A DNA stretch of 64,000 nt from Escherichia coli (GCF_024223415.1 NZ_CP100500.1), one strand, 5' to 3'. Shown: positions 49,515-62,325, numbered from the stretch's first letter. The notes: generated by a model not told the origin, from the letters alone. Made by a program: numbers and translations.

Positions 49515-49871
49515 TTAATTTGAACCAAACTTCGGATCGTTTCCGTAACGATTGCTGCCAGAAGTACCTTCTGTGCAGAAAAAAACCAGAAGCACGAGCC
49601 AGCCAATAAACGGAACAAAAAAGAGCAAGGCCCAGGCACCTGAACGGTCGGTATCGTGTAAGCGACGGATAGCAAGCGCAAGGACGGGAAGGAAGGTTGC
49701 CAGCAAATAAAGCATAGACAGATATGGAAGCTCCAGACCTAAAATCAATTGAATGACATTGATAATAGCGCCGACGATGGCGTTAATCAGAGTAAACATC
49801 CAGTACTCTTTACGACGTGCGCGACCAGAGAAACCAACATAATTTTTTAATACGGATAAATACCACTGCAT
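49515..49871 (-). CDS. yhaI: DUF805 inner-membrane protein
   Basis: 118-aa ORF MQWYLSVLKNYVGFSGRARRKEYWMF…; paralogue of yhaH. Confidence 0.85.
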   Translation of the reverse strand: MQWYLSVLKNYVGFSGRARRKEYWMFTLINAIVGAIINVIQLILGLELPYLSMLYLLATFLPVLALAIRRLHDTDRSGAWALLFFVPFIGWLVLLVFFCTEGTSGSNRYGNDPKFGSN

Positions 49872-50112
49872 AAAAACATCCCTTTAATTAAAAGTGACGA
49901 AAGTCTATTCCGGGTATTGTGTAAATGCTATTCGTATCTTTCTTTTTCGGATGTTATAAAGGTTTTGATATTTAAGATAAATACATGGTTATTTTTTATA
50001 GGTAATTTATATAACGACATTGAAATATTTTAAATAAACATTAGTAAATTATTCATTCATCAACATGATGATAAAAGCCGGATGAGTCAGACATCCGGCG
50101 AGCAGATTTGTT

Positions 50113-50478
50113 TTAAGGTTCCAGTTTTGGATCAGGTCCAAAGCGGTTTTCGCCTGGCGTACCCGCCTGGCAGTTAAAGACGATGATAATAAGCCAGCCG
50201 ATAAACGGGATTAAGAATAGCAGTGCCCACCACGCCGAGCGGTCGGTGTCGTGCAGGCGGCGGAACTGAACTGCCCACCACGGTAAAAACACCAGAATAC
50301 CGTAGATTGTCGTCAGGATGCCTTCGCCACCAGCGCGTTGCCAGCCTAACATTTTATCCAGCAGCCCCAGCACGAACGTAAAGATGATGTTGACCAGAAT
50401 AAACATCCAGTACTCTTTGCGCCGCGCACGACCCCGGAAACCGACATAATTTTTTAGTACTTTCAGATACCAGTCCAT
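50113..50478 (-). CDS. yhaH: DUF805 inner-membrane protein
   Basis: ORF 50113..50499; start MDWYLKVLKNYVGFRGRARRKEYWMF gives 121 aa. Confidence 0.85.
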   Translation of the reverse strand: MDWYLKVLKNYVGFRGRARRKEYWMFILVNIIFTFVLGLLDKMLGWQRAGGEGILTTIYGILVFLPWWAVQFRRLHDTDRSAWWALLFLIPFIGWLIIIVFNCQAGTPGENRFGPDPKLEP

Positions 50479-50599
50479 TTTTGCCTCAATTTTGCTCAAT
50501 CACTTGTTTTTAAAGCAGCAAATTAAGAATAGACGTGAATGAAATGGCAGTAAATATTATCGCGATGAATTAATAAGGAGCTGTGAAGGATAAGGGCAA

Positions 50600-50720
50600 G
50601 CGCAAAATCGCCAGATGCGCTACGCTTATCTGGCCTGCGCGGTCATTGCAACATATTGAATATAAATGTTTTGTAGGTTTGATAAGGCGTTCACGCCGCA
50701 TCCGACATGAACAACATGCA
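50600..50720. repeat. REP-like palindromic elements
   Basis: GCGCTACGCTTATCTGGCCTGC and GTAGGTTTGATAAGGCGTTCACGCCGCATCCGACA. Confidence 0.7.
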
Positions 50721-50760
50721 CTTAGCCAATTATCAGAGGCACCTCGTAAGGTGCATTTTT

Positions 50761-51747
50761 TTAACCGAAGCGAACATCTCGTCCATGCGGTTCATCGAGA
50801 TCCTGCCACGGACCAATTGAAATAATCCCCGTAGGGTTGATGGTCTTATGGCTGCGGAAGTAATGATTACGGATGTGATCGAAATTGACTGTTTCGGCAA
50901 TTCCCGGCATCTGGTAGATATCACGCAGGAAGCCATACAGATTAAGGTAATCGCTGATGCGGTGCTTATCACACTTGAAGTGGGTCACATACACTGGATC
51001 AAAACGGACCAGCGTGGTCCACAGGCGAATATCGGCTTCGGTTAGCTGGTTGCCGGTCAGGTAACGATGCTGACCTAAAATCTGTTCCAGTCGCGCCAGC
51101 GATTCAAACACTTTCTCCACCGCTTCGTCGTAGGCTTGCTGGCTGGTGGCAAAACCAGCTTTATACACGCCGTTGTTAACGGTGTCATAAATCCAGCCGT
51201 TAAGTTCGTCAATTTTCGTTTGCAGGGCTGGTGGGTAGTAATCACCCGCTTTCGCGCCCAGCGCATCAAACGCGGTATTAAACATGCGGATGATTTCTGC
51301 TGATTCGTTGCTGACGATGGTGTGGTTCTTTTTGTCCCACAGCACGGGAACAGTAACTCGTCCGCTGTAGTGTGGATCGGCGTGGAGATAAAGCTGATAC
51401 AAAAATTCATGTTGATAGAGCGTGTCTCCGGTTGCTCCCGGAAAACTGTCATCAAAGGTCCAGCCGTTTTCCAGCATCAGCGGGTTCACTACGGAAACGG
51501 AAATAAACGGTTCCAGTCCTTTGAGTTTGCGCATGATCAGCGTGCGGTGCGCCCACGGGCAGGCGAGTGAAACATAGAGATGATAACGATCTTTCTCTGC
51601 GATAAAACCGCCTGTGCCAGTGGGGCCAGGAGCGCCATCGGCAGTGAGCCAGTTACGAAATGCGGAAGCTGAACGTTGAAATTTACCGCCGGTAGATTTG
51701 GTATCGTACCAGGTGTCATGCCAGACGCCGTCAATCAGTTGACCCAT
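50761..51747 (-). CDS. yqjG: Glutathionyl-hydroquinone reductase (Xi-class GST)
   Basis: ORF 50761..51768; start MGQLIDGVWHDTWYD gives 328 aa. Confidence 0.88.
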   Translation of the reverse strand: MGQLIDGVWHDTWYDTKSTGGKFQRSASAFRNWLTADGAPGPTGTGGFIAEKDRYHLYVSLACPWAHRTLIMRKLKGLEPFISVSVVNPLMLENGWTFDDSFPGATGDTLYQHEFLYQLYLHADPHYSGRVTVPVLWDKKNHTIVSNESAEIIRMFNTAFDALGAKAGDYYPPALQTKIDELNGWIYDTVNNGVYKAGFATSQQAYDEAVEKVFESLARLEQILGQHRYLTGNQLTEADIRLWTTLVRFDPVYVTHFKCDKHRISDYLNLYGFLRDIYQMPGIAETVNFDHIRNHYFRSHKTINPTGIISIGPWQDLDEPHGRDVRFG

Positions 51748-51799
51748 TGTTCTCTCCTCCAATAGCAAAAACGAGGAGCGTTTCTCCTCGTTTCAGATT

Positions 51800-51870
51800 G
51801 CTGGCAAAATGCACATTTTTGATTGTCGGATGCGATGCTGACGCATCTTATCCGACCTACAAATATCGTT
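51800..51870. repeat. REP element
   Basis: TGTCGGATGCGATGCTGACGCATCTTATCCGACCTAC. Confidence 0.7.
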
Positions 51871-51885
51871 AAGTATAGTCTCTGC

Positions 51886-52278
51886 TTACCACTTTTTATT
51901 CAGCAGGCGGTCGATGCTATACGCGCCCGGACCGCTAATTGCCAGCAGCAGGAATCCGCCAGAAATTGTCAGGTTTTTCATGAACATCAGCGAGTTGACG
52001 CCTTCAGCAAAGTTGCTGTGAAATAAAAATGCCGTCAGCAGCGTAAAGCCCGCAGTAAACAGGGCTGTGGTGCGAGTCAGGAAACCGAACAGGATTGCCA
52101 GACCACCACCAAACTCAAGCAGAATCACCAGCGGCAGCATAAAACCCGGGACGCCCATCGCTTCCATATATTGTTGGGTACCCGCGTAACCAGTAATTTT
52201 TCCCCAGCCTGCGGTAATAAACAGAATCGGCATTAAAATGCGCGCTACCAGTACACCAACATCTTCTAATTTTTTCAT
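51886..52278 (-). CDS. yqjF: DoxX-family inner-membrane protein
   Basis: ORF 51886..52368; start MKKLEDVGVLVARIL gives 130 aa. Confidence 0.85.
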   Translation of the reverse strand: MKKLEDVGVLVARILMPILFITAGWGKITGYAGTQQYMEAMGVPGFMLPLVILLEFGGGLAILFGFLTRTTALFTAGFTLLTAFLFHSNFAEGVNSLMFMKNLTISGGFLLLAISGPGAYSIDRLLNKKW

Positions 52279-52463
52279 CATACTCTCCACTGCGCCACTC
52301 AGGCTGCTGATTGTTTTTTTGTGCAAGGGCGCGGTATTAGCGTCGTTGCTGTCGATGGAGAGAATCATAAACGTGGTGAATGATGATTGTTAGCAAGGAA
52401 AACTGTCAAAAATCTTCAAAAAATTTGATGGGTAAGGCCGGAATGGCTCCGGCCAGAGGGAAG

Positions 52464-52763
52464 TTAACCGCGAAGCTGTTGCTGCTTGAGGGTCGTTTTA
52501 ACCAGACGCCAGGCGCTCCATACGCCAAAACCGCGTCTGGCCCAGCGGACCAGCATATTAGGATGGCGAATCGTCCAGATCGCCATCACGCTACTGCCAA
52601 CCAGCGCCCAGGAGCGCAGACTTAGCAGCATATTCCAGCGACGATCATAAGCGCCTGTTGCCTCCAGCCATTCACGACGACTGGCAGAAAGATCCAGCCG
52701 TTGTTGCTGGATCTGGCTAAGCAGTTGCGCCTTACGTCGTTCACGTTCGACTTTACTGCTCAC
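52464..52763 (-). CDS. yqjK: Small protein YqjK, probable GTG start
   Basis: ORF 52464..52865; 99-aa product SSKVERERRKAQLL… from GTG at 52763, overlapping yqjE stop. Confidence 0.7.
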   Translation of the reverse strand: MSSKVERERRKAQLLSQIQQQRLDLSASRREWLEATGAYDRRWNMLLSLRSWALVGSSVMAIWTIRHPNMLVRWARRGFGVWSAWRLVKTTLKQQQLRG

Positions 52764-53157
52764 GGGACTCCTCCTCGAGCAGCTGCCGATCGTTTGCCAG
52801 CTCATGGCGTGTATGGCGCAGCAAGGTGGATTTACGCGATTTACGTAACGTCCAGATACCGCCAATCAGTGCCAGTAGCAGCAACACCACGGTGGTGGCA
52901 ATCATCGCATTCAGGCGATATTGCGGATCAACCGCCCAAATAATTAGCACCATCAGGCTCATAAGACCAAATGCAGCGAAAAGCATCGTCAGGCCCAGCA
53001 TCAGTAAAAGTTGAAAGAGATTAGCTTTTTCCTCTTCCAGCTCAACCACCGCCAGCCGCAGACGTGTTTCCACCATTTCAACCATGATGGAAACAATTCG
53101 CTGCCCGATGCCCAGAACGCTTTTACCGGGCCCTTGCGCGTGATGAGTGTCCGCCAT
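52753..53157 (-). CDS. yqjE: Inner-membrane protein YqjE
   Basis: ORF 52753..53226; start MADTHHAQGPGKS gives 134 aa. Confidence 0.85.
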   Translation of the reverse strand: MADTHHAQGPGKSVLGIGQRIVSIMVEMVETRLRLAVVELEEEKANLFQLLLMLGLTMLFAAFGLMSLMVLIIWAVDPQYRLNAMIATTVVLLLLALIGGIWTLRKSRKSTLLRHTRHELANDRQLLEEESREQ

Positions 53158-53159
53158 AA

Positions 53160-53465
53160 TTAACGACGCGACAGCAGAACGCCGAGCACTACACCGATTG
53201 CAGCGCCAATGCCCACGCCCGTCCATGGATTTTCACGCACATACTCATCGGCACGCGCCGCCGCGACACGGGTTTGTTTGGCGATGGCATCACCGGTTTC
53301 ACCCAGGCGATAACGGCTCTGTTTCAGTGCCTGCTCCGCTTTGCTACGAATCTTACTCAACTCTTCTTTCGACTTCTCGCCAGATGAGCTAAGCACCTCT
53401 TCCAGCGTATCGGAAAGGGATTTCAACTCAGCACGCAGATGTTCCGTAGTGTGTTCTTTCGACAT
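53160..53465 (-). CDS. yqjD: Ribosome-associated membrane protein (ElaB/YqjD family)
   Basis: 101-aa ORF with C-terminal TM anchor. Confidence 0.88.
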   Translation of the reverse strand: MSKEHTTEHLRAELKSLSDTLEEVLSSSGEKSKEELSKIRSKAEQALKQSRYRLGETGDAIAKQTRVAAARADEYVRENPWTGVGIGAAIGVVLGVLLSRR

Positions 53466-53502
53466 AGTTTTCTCCAGGTGAGTAAGTAGTGACTATTGTG
53501 AG

Positions 53503-53871
53503 TTAGTAGTCGCGCGCTTCCAGCTTTTTCAGCTCTTCCTGCGCTTCTGCCAGTTTCCGTTCGCGTTTGGCAATCTTATCGGCATCGCCTTTTTGCTTCG
53601 CCTCGGCTAAATCTTGCTGGCGTTCCGCCACCTCATCTTTCTGCTTTGCGATTTTCTTCTGATGATCGGCACGCAGCTGGCTATCTGAACAGTTGGCCCG
53701 GACTTCACTCAGGGCTTTATTCAGACCGTCAATACGATTCTGGTTTTGGTGTTTTTCGGCATAGCTGATCTCCTTAAGGATATTTTGCTCCTTTTCCTGA
53801 CACAGGGTAGTGGCATAACTACCGGCACTAAGAGCAAAAAGAGAAACAGCTAAAGCGATGCGGTATTTCAT
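53503..53871 (-). CDS. yqjC: DUF1090 periplasmic protein
   Basis: ORF 53503..53886; start MKYRIALAVSLFALSAGSYA gives 122 aa. Confidence 0.85.
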   Translation of the reverse strand: MKYRIALAVSLFALSAGSYATTLCQEKEQNILKEISYAEKHQNQNRIDGLNKALSEVRANCSDSQLRADHQKKIAKQKDEVAERQQDLAEAKQKGDADKIAKRERKLAEAQEELKKLEARDY

Positions 53872-54017
53872 TCTTGAACCTTCCATTGTGATTCGGACCT
53901 ATTACAAAGGAACGATTGTCCAGACAACGAAGCGGTAGTGTTAACCACCGCCTCATTAATCATAGACAGTTACGGTGAAATCACCAAAGTGAGTGATCTG
54001 TTTCGGATAACAGGAAG

Positions 54018-54401
54018 TTATCCGAAGCGATGTGAGTTATCCCGTAGCCGGGTCAGCCACTGCATAGCCTGACTGTTATTGTCCTGCTGCGCAATGATGT
54101 AGCCTTGGGGCAATGTTCTGTCGAGGACCGCTTTTGCAGCGGCGCTCTGGTCGCTGGAGTCAAAGGTAATTAACAGAGTGTCGTTTTTGGGGGTGATACT
54201 TTTGAAAGGAATGCCATGAGCGTCAAGGTGATGCCAGATTGAAAAACCGTCTGGCATCGTTGTGCCTTGATGAACGGCACGAATCGCCAGCGTAGACTCT
54301 TGCTGGCGAACCGCGGACCAGGCCAGCAACAGCGTGCCGACCAGAAGTAAAACAGCGCCGGACCAGGCTAGCTGGCGAAGCGACATGCGAGGTATTTGCA
54401 T
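54018..54401 (-). CDS. mzrA: Modulator of EnvZ/OmpR regulon
   Basis: 127-aa [31 protein letters not shown]…. Confidence 0.88.
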   Translation of the reverse strand: MQIPRMSLRQLAWSGAVLLLVGTLLLAWSAVRQQESTLAIRAVHQGTTMPDGFSIWHHLDAHGIPFKSITPKNDTLLITFDSSDQSAAAKAVLDRTLPQGYIIAQQDNNSQAMQWLTRLRDNSHRFG

Positions 54402-54404
54402 CCC

Positions 54405-55067
54405 TTACCCCCGATTTCCATATTTCTTTTTCCATAACACGACCAGAGAACCTGCCAGGCCAAACACCAGCAGCACCACCGGGAGCAGCATCAGGCATGA
54501 CATCAGCTGGTCCTCGTACTTTAAAAATACCGGCGTTTTGCCGAGCATGTAACCCAGAGTTGTCAGGATCAATACCCACAGCAGACCGCTCATCCAGTTG
54601 AAAAACTGAAAGCGCGCGTTATTCAGCCCTGATAACCCGGCAATCGTCGGCAGCAGTGTTCTGACAAACGCAATAAAGCGACCAATTAACAGCGCCGATA
54701 AACCGTGTTTATGAAAAAGATGGTGTGCGCGTTGATGATAATGTGCGGGTAAATGAGATAGCCAGTTTTGTACGGTGCGGGTATTGCCCAGCCATCGCCC
54801 CTGAATATAGCTGACCCAGCAGCCGAGGCTGGCGGCAACGGTCAGCAGCAGAATCGTTTGCGGATAGCCCATCGCGCCTTTCGCAATCAACACGCCGACC
54901 AATACCAGTAAACTGTCGCCCGGTAAAAAGGCCGCCGGAAGCAAGCCGTTTTCAAGGAACAAAATTACAAACAAGACAAAATACAACATGCCAATCATCG
55001 ATGGATTGGCCAAGGTTTCAAAATCCTGCGCCCACAGGGCTTGCAGCAATTGGGTCAAAAGTTCCAT
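54405..55067 (-). CDS. yqjA: DedA-family inner-membrane protein
   Basis: 220-aa membrane ORF. Confidence 0.88.
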   Translation of the reverse strand: MELLTQLLQALWAQDFETLANPSMIGMLYFVLFVILFLENGLLPAAFLPGDSLLVLVGVLIAKGAMGYPQTILLLTVAASLGCWVSYIQGRWLGNTRTVQNWLSHLPAHYHQRAHHLFHKHGLSALLIGRFIAFVRTLLPTIAGLSGLNNARFQFFNWMSGLLWVLILTTLGYMLGKTPVFLKYEDQLMSCLMLLPVVLLVFGLAGSLVVLWKKKYGNRG

Positions 55068-55411
55068 TCATTATTCCTGGTGAATCGGTTAACGCCACGC
55101 TGGTTTTAAAAGATGCACTACCGCAATGTTATTGCTGTTTTGGTATGTTCTGCGGGTTTGATACATCAACACAGCCTGAACTATTCCCTGTTAAATCGTG
55201 AGATAAGAAAGCATTCAAAAACATAAATTCAAATTGAATCTAATTGTAACAAAGGTCAACGTTGTTCGTTATCAAAATTACATGTCCGTGGAGTCTGATT
55301 TTGCTGAATGCAGGGGAGGGTGGCGAGAGGATTTACACAGGCTGACACTTTATACTTTTCGCTTACCGACGAGACAAACAGGCGCATTGCAGCGCCTGTC
55401 GGACAGGAATT

Positions 55412-56188
55412 TCATTTACTGCCGCTGGTGGCTGTATCGAGATGCACCACCGGGTTTTCGGCGAACAGATAACGGTCGGCATTGAACTCGAAGTCGTCGC
55501 TGGTTTCGTTAAATAACATGATCTTGGTGTTTTCCAGGTGCTGCCACATTGCCAGCTTAGCAGCATGAGGATCTTTGCGAATCAGCGCTTTGAGGATTTG
55601 ATCGTGGTCATCACACCAGTTATCGACGGTACGGGAATCAATGTGTTCGTGCAGTTTTTTCCAGTACGGGTTATGGCTACGCTGGGTCCACATTTTTTCA
55701 ACGATAGCCGCCAGGGCGGAGTTCTGCGTCGCCAGGGCTACCTGAATATGGAACTGCAAATCCCACTCGGAATCACGGAAGCATTGTTCACCGCGTGCCT
55801 GCTCCTGGATGGCCATCAATTTCATGATGTCCTGTTTCGTTACCTGAGTTGCCGCGAACTCGGCAATATTACTTTCGATGAGCTGGCGAGCCTGGAGTAA
55901 CTCAAACGGACCGTAATTGGCGAATTCCATGTTATTGTCCGCCGTCTGCTGATGGCGCGGCTGGTTGGAAACCACGTGAATACCTGAACCTTTACGCACT
56001 TCGACATAGCCTTCAACTTCCAGCATGATGATGGCTTCACGAACTACCGTACGGCTGACGTTCTTTTCATCGGCAATAAAGCGCTCAGCAGGCAGTTTAT
56101 CACCCACCAGATAGACGCCCTGTTCGATGCGCTCTTTCAGGTCAGCGGCAAGTTGTTGATACAAACGGCGTGGTTCAGTGATTTCCAT
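55412..56188 (-). CDS. exuR: Hexuronate regulon repressor (GntR/FadR family)
   Basis: ORF 55412..56203; start [24 protein letters not shown] gives 258 aa. Confidence 0.9.
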   Translation of the reverse strand: MEITEPRRLYQQLAADLKERIEQGVYLVGDKLPAERFIADEKNVSRTVVREAIIMLEVEGYVEVRKGSGIHVVSNQPRHQQTADNNMEFANYGPFELLQARQLIESNIAEFAATQVTKQDIMKLMAIQEQARGEQCFRDSEWDLQFHIQVALATQNSALAAIVEKMWTQRSHNPYWKKLHEHIDSRTVDNWCDDHDQILKALIRKDPHAAKLAMWQHLENTKIMLFNETSDDFEFNADRYLFAENPVVHLDTATSGSK

Positions 56189-56263
56189 ATGCGCTCCAGG
56201 CATGATACGGCAGACTATATTTGTTATACCACTTTTGCGAGTTTAGCTCTACTCGCAGTGATG

Positions 56264-56290
56264 AAAAAGCCGCCTGAGAAGGCGGCTTTG
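56264..56290 (-). terminator. exuT intrinsic terminator
   Basis: On minus strand: GCCGCC-TTCTCA-GGCGGC hairpin followed by TTTTT. Confidence 0.75.
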
Positions 56291-56317
56291 AAGGGAAACT
56301 AAAACTTACACGAAGCG

Positions 56318-57046
56318 TTAATGTTGCGGTGCGGGATCGTTATGTGTTTCCTGCGCCACCTCAATCGCCGGTTTGTTCTGCAATACGGTCCAGATAACCA
56401 GCGCCCCCAGCAGGTCAAATACTGCCAGAACTGCGAACAGCGGGCTGAAGCCGATGGTGTCAGCCAGTGCACCGACAACCAGTGCAAACAGCGTACTTGC
56501 CAGCCATGCCATCGCCCAGATAAAGCTCAATGCACCGGAGATGATAAATGCCATCTGCCAGCTGTGCATCACGATTGCCCATACCACCAGCGGCGGCGCA
56601 ATCATCGCACCAATCGAAGAACCTACGTTAAAGTAGCCTACTGCGATGGAACGCTCTTTCGCCGGGAACCATTCGGAGCTGGCTTTCAGACCCGCCGGGA
56701 TCATCGCTGCTTCCGCGGCACCGACCGCACCACGAGCAACAGCCAGGCCACCCCAGCTACCTGCCAGCGCGGTTGCACCACAGAACACGGCCCACAGCAC
56801 AGCAAACATTGCATAACCGATTTTCGTACCCAGCACATCCAGTACATAACCCGCTACCGGTTGCATGACCGTATAAGCAGCAGAATAGGCTGCGATGATA
56901 TAGGAATACTGTTGGGTGGAGATGTTTAACTCTTCCATCAGAGTTGGCGCAGCTGCCGCCACAGTGTTACGCGTCAGGTAACCAAGCACGGTGCCGAGCG
57001 TCACCAGTGCGATCATATACCAACGTAACCCTTTAATTTTACGCAT
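56318..57046 (-). pseudogene. exuT: Hexuronate MFS transporter with apparent ~570-bp in-frame internal deletion (242 aa instead of ~432)
   Basis: N-terminal ~182 aa and C-terminal ~60 aa match ExuT; too short for a 12-TM MFS permease; frame continuous across junction near 56498-56503. Confidence 0.7.
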
Positions 57047-58940
<1,894 letters not shown>

Positions 58941-58954
58941 GGTCTGGGGTTGAT

Positions 58955-60442
58955 ATGCAATACATCAAGATCCATGCGCTGGATAACGTCGCGGTCGCTT
59001 TAGCAGATTTGGCGGAAGGCACAGAAGTCAGTGTCGATAACCAAACTGTTAGGCTGCGCCAGGATGTTGCTCGTGGACATAAATTTGCGTTAACGAATAT
59101 CGCAAAAGGGGCCAACGTCATCAAATATGGCCTGCCGATTGGTTATGCATTGGCGGATATTGCGGCGGGGGAACACGTTCACGCCCACAATACGCGCACG
59201 AATCTGAGCGATCTGGATCAGTATCGCTATCAACCTGATTTTCAGGATCTGCCTGCGCAAGCGGCAGATCGTGAAGTGCAGATCTATCGTCGCGCTAACG
59301 GCGATGTCGGGGTGCGTAACGAGCTGTGGATCCTGCCAACCGTGGGCTGTGTCAACGGCATCGCTCGGCAGATCCAGAACCGTTTTCTGAAAGAGACCAA
59401 CAACGCTGAAGGTACCGACGGCGTGTTCCTCTTCAGCCACACCTACGGCTGCTCACAGCTGGGCGACGATCACATTAATACCCGCACCATGCTGCAAAAC
59501 ATGGTGCGCCACCCGAACGCAGGCGCAGTGCTGGTGATTGGCCTGGGCTGTGAAAACAACCAGGTTGCCGCATTCCGTGAAACGCTGGGCGATATCGATC
59601 CTGAACGCGTTCATTTCATGATCTGCCAACAGCAGGATGATGAGATCGAGGCCGGGATCGAGCATTTGCATCAGTTGTATAACGTGATGCGCAACGATAA
59701 ACGCGAGCCAGGCAAACTCAGCGAACTGAAGTTTGGTCTGGAGTGCGGTGGTTCTGACGGTCTTTCTGGTATTACTGCTAACCCGATGCTGGGGCGTTTC
59801 TCTGACTACGTGATTGCTAACGGCGGTACTACCGTACTGACCGAAGTGCCGGAGATGTTTGGCGCAGAGCAGTTGCTGATGGACCATTGCCGCGACGAAG
59901 CAACGTTTGAAAAACTGGTCACTATGGTCAACGACTTCAAACAGTACTTTATTGCCCATGACCAGCCGATCTATGAAAACCCATCGCCGGGGAACAAAGC
60001 GGGCGGTATCACCACGCTGGAAGACAAATCACTTGGCTGTACCCAGAAAGCGGGTTCCAGCGTCGTGGTTGACGTGCTGCGTTACGGCGAGCGTCTGAAA
60101 ACGCCGGGGCTGAACTTGTTAAGTGCGCCAGGTAACGATGCCGTAGCGACCAGCGCCCTGGCGGGTGCGGGCTGCCATATGGTGCTGTTCAGTACTGGTC
60201 GTGGCACGCCGTATGGTGGATTTGTGCCGACGGTGAAAATCGCCACCAACAGTGAACTGGCGGCGAAGAAAAAACACTGGATCGACTTTGACGCGGGTCA
60301 GCTGATCCACGGTAAAGCGATGCCGCAGTTGCTGGAAGAATTTATCGACACCATCGTTGAGTTTGCCAACGGTAAGCAAACCTGTAACGAGCGTAACGAC
60401 TTCCGCGAACTGGCGATCTTCAAAAGCGGCGTAACGCTATAA
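58955..60442 (+). CDS. uxaA: Altronate dehydratase
   Basis: 495-aa ORF MQYIKIHALDNVAVALADL…. Confidence 0.92.
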   Translation: MQYIKIHALDNVAVALADLAEGTEVSVDNQTVRLRQDVARGHKFALTNIAKGANVIKYGLPIGYALADIAAGEHVHAHNTRTNLSDLDQYRYQPDFQDLPAQAADREVQIYRRANGDVGVRNELWILPTVGCVNGIARQIQNRFLKETNNAEGTDGVFLFSHTYGCSQLGDDHINTRTMLQNMVRHPNAGAVLVIGLGCENNQVAAFRETLGDIDPERVHFMICQQQDDEIEAGIEHLHQLYNVMRNDKREPGKLSELKFGLECGGSDGLSGITANPMLGRFSDYVIANGGTTVLTEVPEMFGAEQLLMDHCRDEATFEKLVTMVNDFKQYFIAHDQPIYENPSPGNKAGGITTLEDKSLGCTQKAGSSVVVDVLRYGERLKTPGLNLLSAPGNDAVATSALAGAGCHMVLFSTGRGTPYGGFVPTVKIATNSELAAKKKHWIDFDAGQLIHGKAMPQLLEEFIDTIVEFANGKQTCNERNDFRELAIFKSGVTL

Positions 60443-60463
60443 AGTCGAAATGAGTTGTTAATA

Positions 60464-60502
60464 AAAAACGGCGTTTCATAATGTGAAGCGCCGTTTGCTT
60501 TT
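60464..60502 (+). terminator. uxaCA intrinsic terminator
   Basis: AAACGGCGTTTCATAATGTGAAGCGCCGTTT hairpin followed by GCTTTT. Confidence 0.75.
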
Positions 60503-60524
60503 CCATACCTGCTAAGGATTTATC

Positions 60525-61076
60525 ATGACCGCGTATTGGCTGGCCCAGGGCGTGGGTGTCATCGCCTTTCTGATTGGTATCACAACATTTTTCAATCGTG
60601 ACGAACGTCGCTTCAAAAAGCAGCTTTCGGTCTATAGCGCCGTTATTGGCGTACATTTTTTTCTTCTGGGCACCTATCCCGCTGGTGCCAGTGCCATCCT
60701 TAATGCCATTCGTACATTGATTACCTTACGCACGCGCAGCTTATGGGTAATGGCGATTTTTATTGTGCTGACTGGCGGAATTGGCCTCGCGAAGTTCCAT
60801 CATCCTGTCGAACTATTGCCGGTTATCGGTACGATTGTCAGTACCTGGGCGCTGTTCCGCTGTAAAGGGCTCACCATGCGCTGCGTGATGTGGTTTTCAA
60901 CGTGTTGCTGGGTGATTCACAACTTCTGGGCGGGGTCGATAGGCGGCACGATGATTGAGGGTAGTTTTCTGCTTATGAATGGCCTGAATATCATTCGTTT
61001 CTGGCGGATGCAGAAAAGGGGAATTGATCCGTTTAAAGTAGAGAAAACCCCTCCCGCCATAGACGAAAGGGGTTAA
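60525..61076 (+). CDS. ygjV: Inner-membrane protein YgjV
   Basis: 183-aa membrane ORF. Confidence 0.85.
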   Translation: MTAYWLAQGVGVIAFLIGITTFFNRDERRFKKQLSVYSAVIGVHFFLLGTYPAGASAILNAIRTLITLRTRSLWVMAIFIVLTGGIGLAKFHHPVELLPVIGTIVSTWALFRCKGLTMRCVMWFSTCCWVIHNFWAGSIGGTMIEGSFLLMNGLNIIRFWRMQKRGIDPFKVEKTPPAIDERG

Positions 61077-61080
61077 ACAA

Positions 61081-62325
61081 TTAATTACGCAGGGCGCTAT
61101 TTGCCAGACGATCGTCTTCCGCCTGGCAAGCTGCCGCAGTGAATAGCACGTCAGTTGAAGAGTTCAGCGCGGTTTCGCAAGAGTCTTGCAATACGCCGAT
61201 GATAAAGCCGACGGCAACCACCTGCATGGCGATATCGTTCGAAATACCGAACATATTACAGGCCAGTGGGATCAGCAGCAGAGACCCCCCCGCCACGCCG
61301 GATGCGCCACAGGCACACAGAGAAGCCACTACGCTCAACAGCAGCGCTGTGGGCAGATCGACCGGAATACCCAGCGTATTAACCGCAGCCAGCGTCAACA
61401 CGGTAATGGTGATTGCTGCGCCCGCCATATTGATGGTGGCACCCAGCGGAATAGAAACGGAATAGGTATCGCGATCCAGATTCAGCTTTTCACACAGCGC
61501 CATATTCACCGGAATGTTAGCTGCAGAGCTGCGGGTGAAGAAGGCATACACGCCGCTTTCGCGCAGGCACAGCAGCACCAGCGGGAACGGGTTACGACGA
61601 ATTTTCCACCACACCAGCAATGGGTTAACCACCAGCGCCACCAGTAACATACAGCCAACCAGCACGACCAGTAGTTGCGCGTAGCCCCACAGTGTGGAGA
61701 AACCGGTGGTTGCCAGCGTAGAAGAAACCAGCCCAAAAATACCGATCGGTGCGAAGCGAATGACCAGTTTCACCATAAAGGTGACGGCATTCGACATATC
61801 GTTGACCAGGTTTTTGGTGGTTTCGTTACCGTGACGCAGTGCGAAACCGAGGCCAATTGCCCACACCAGGATCCCGATGTAGTTACCTTTCAGCAGCGCG
61901 TCAATGGGGTTGGAAACCATGCTCATTACCAGTCCACGCATCACTTCGACAATGCCTGACGGCGGCGAAATATCACCCGCGCTACTGGACAAGTGCAGGG
62001 TAGAAGGGAAGGCAAAGCTGAAGACTACTGCGGCCAGAGCTGCAGAGAAGGTGCCCAGCAGATAGAGGAACAAAATAGGACGGATATTGGTTTTCTGCCC
62101 GTGCTGGTGGTTAGCAATAGATGCCATTACCAGCATCAACACCAGGATGGGGGCAACAGCTTTCAGTGCGCCGACGAACAAAGTACCTAACAGACCAACA
62201 GCTTCCGCCGCGGGTTTTGAGATCCATGCCAGAAGAATCCCCAGAACAAGGCCGACCAGGATTTGTTTTACCAGGCTGCCATGAGCCAGACGCCGGAATA
62301 GCCCCGGTGAACGTTGCGTAGTCAT
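61081..62325 (-). CDS. sstT: Serine/threonine:Na+ symporter
   Basis: 414-aa membrane ORF. Confidence 0.9.
   Translation of the reverse strand: MTTQRSPGLFRRLAHGSLVKQILVGLVLGILLAWISKPAAEAVGLLGTLFVGALKAVAPILVLMLVMASIANHQHGQKTNIRPILFLYLLGTFSAALAAVVFSFAFPSTLHLSSSAGDISPPSGIVEVMRGLVMSMVSNPIDALLKGNYIGILVWAIGLGFALRHGNETTKNLVNDMSNAVTFMVKLVIRFAPIGIFGLVSSTLATTGFSTLWGYAQLLVVLVGCMLLVALVVNPLLVWWKIRRNPFPLVLLCLRESGVYAFFTRSSAANIPVNMALCEKLNLDRDTYSVSIPLGATINMAGAAITITVLTLAAVNTLGIPVDLPTALLLSVVASLCACGASGVAGGSLLLIPLACNMFGISNDIAMQVVAVGFIIGVLQDSCETALNSSTDVLFTAAACQAEDDRLANSALRN

Noticed and set aside
50738-50760. Hairpin plus T-run immediately next to the yqjG stop
   Set aside because: The T-run follows the hairpin only on the plus strand, whereas yqjG is on the minus strand; it may act bidirectionally or be part of the adjacent REP, but I cannot support a specific call.
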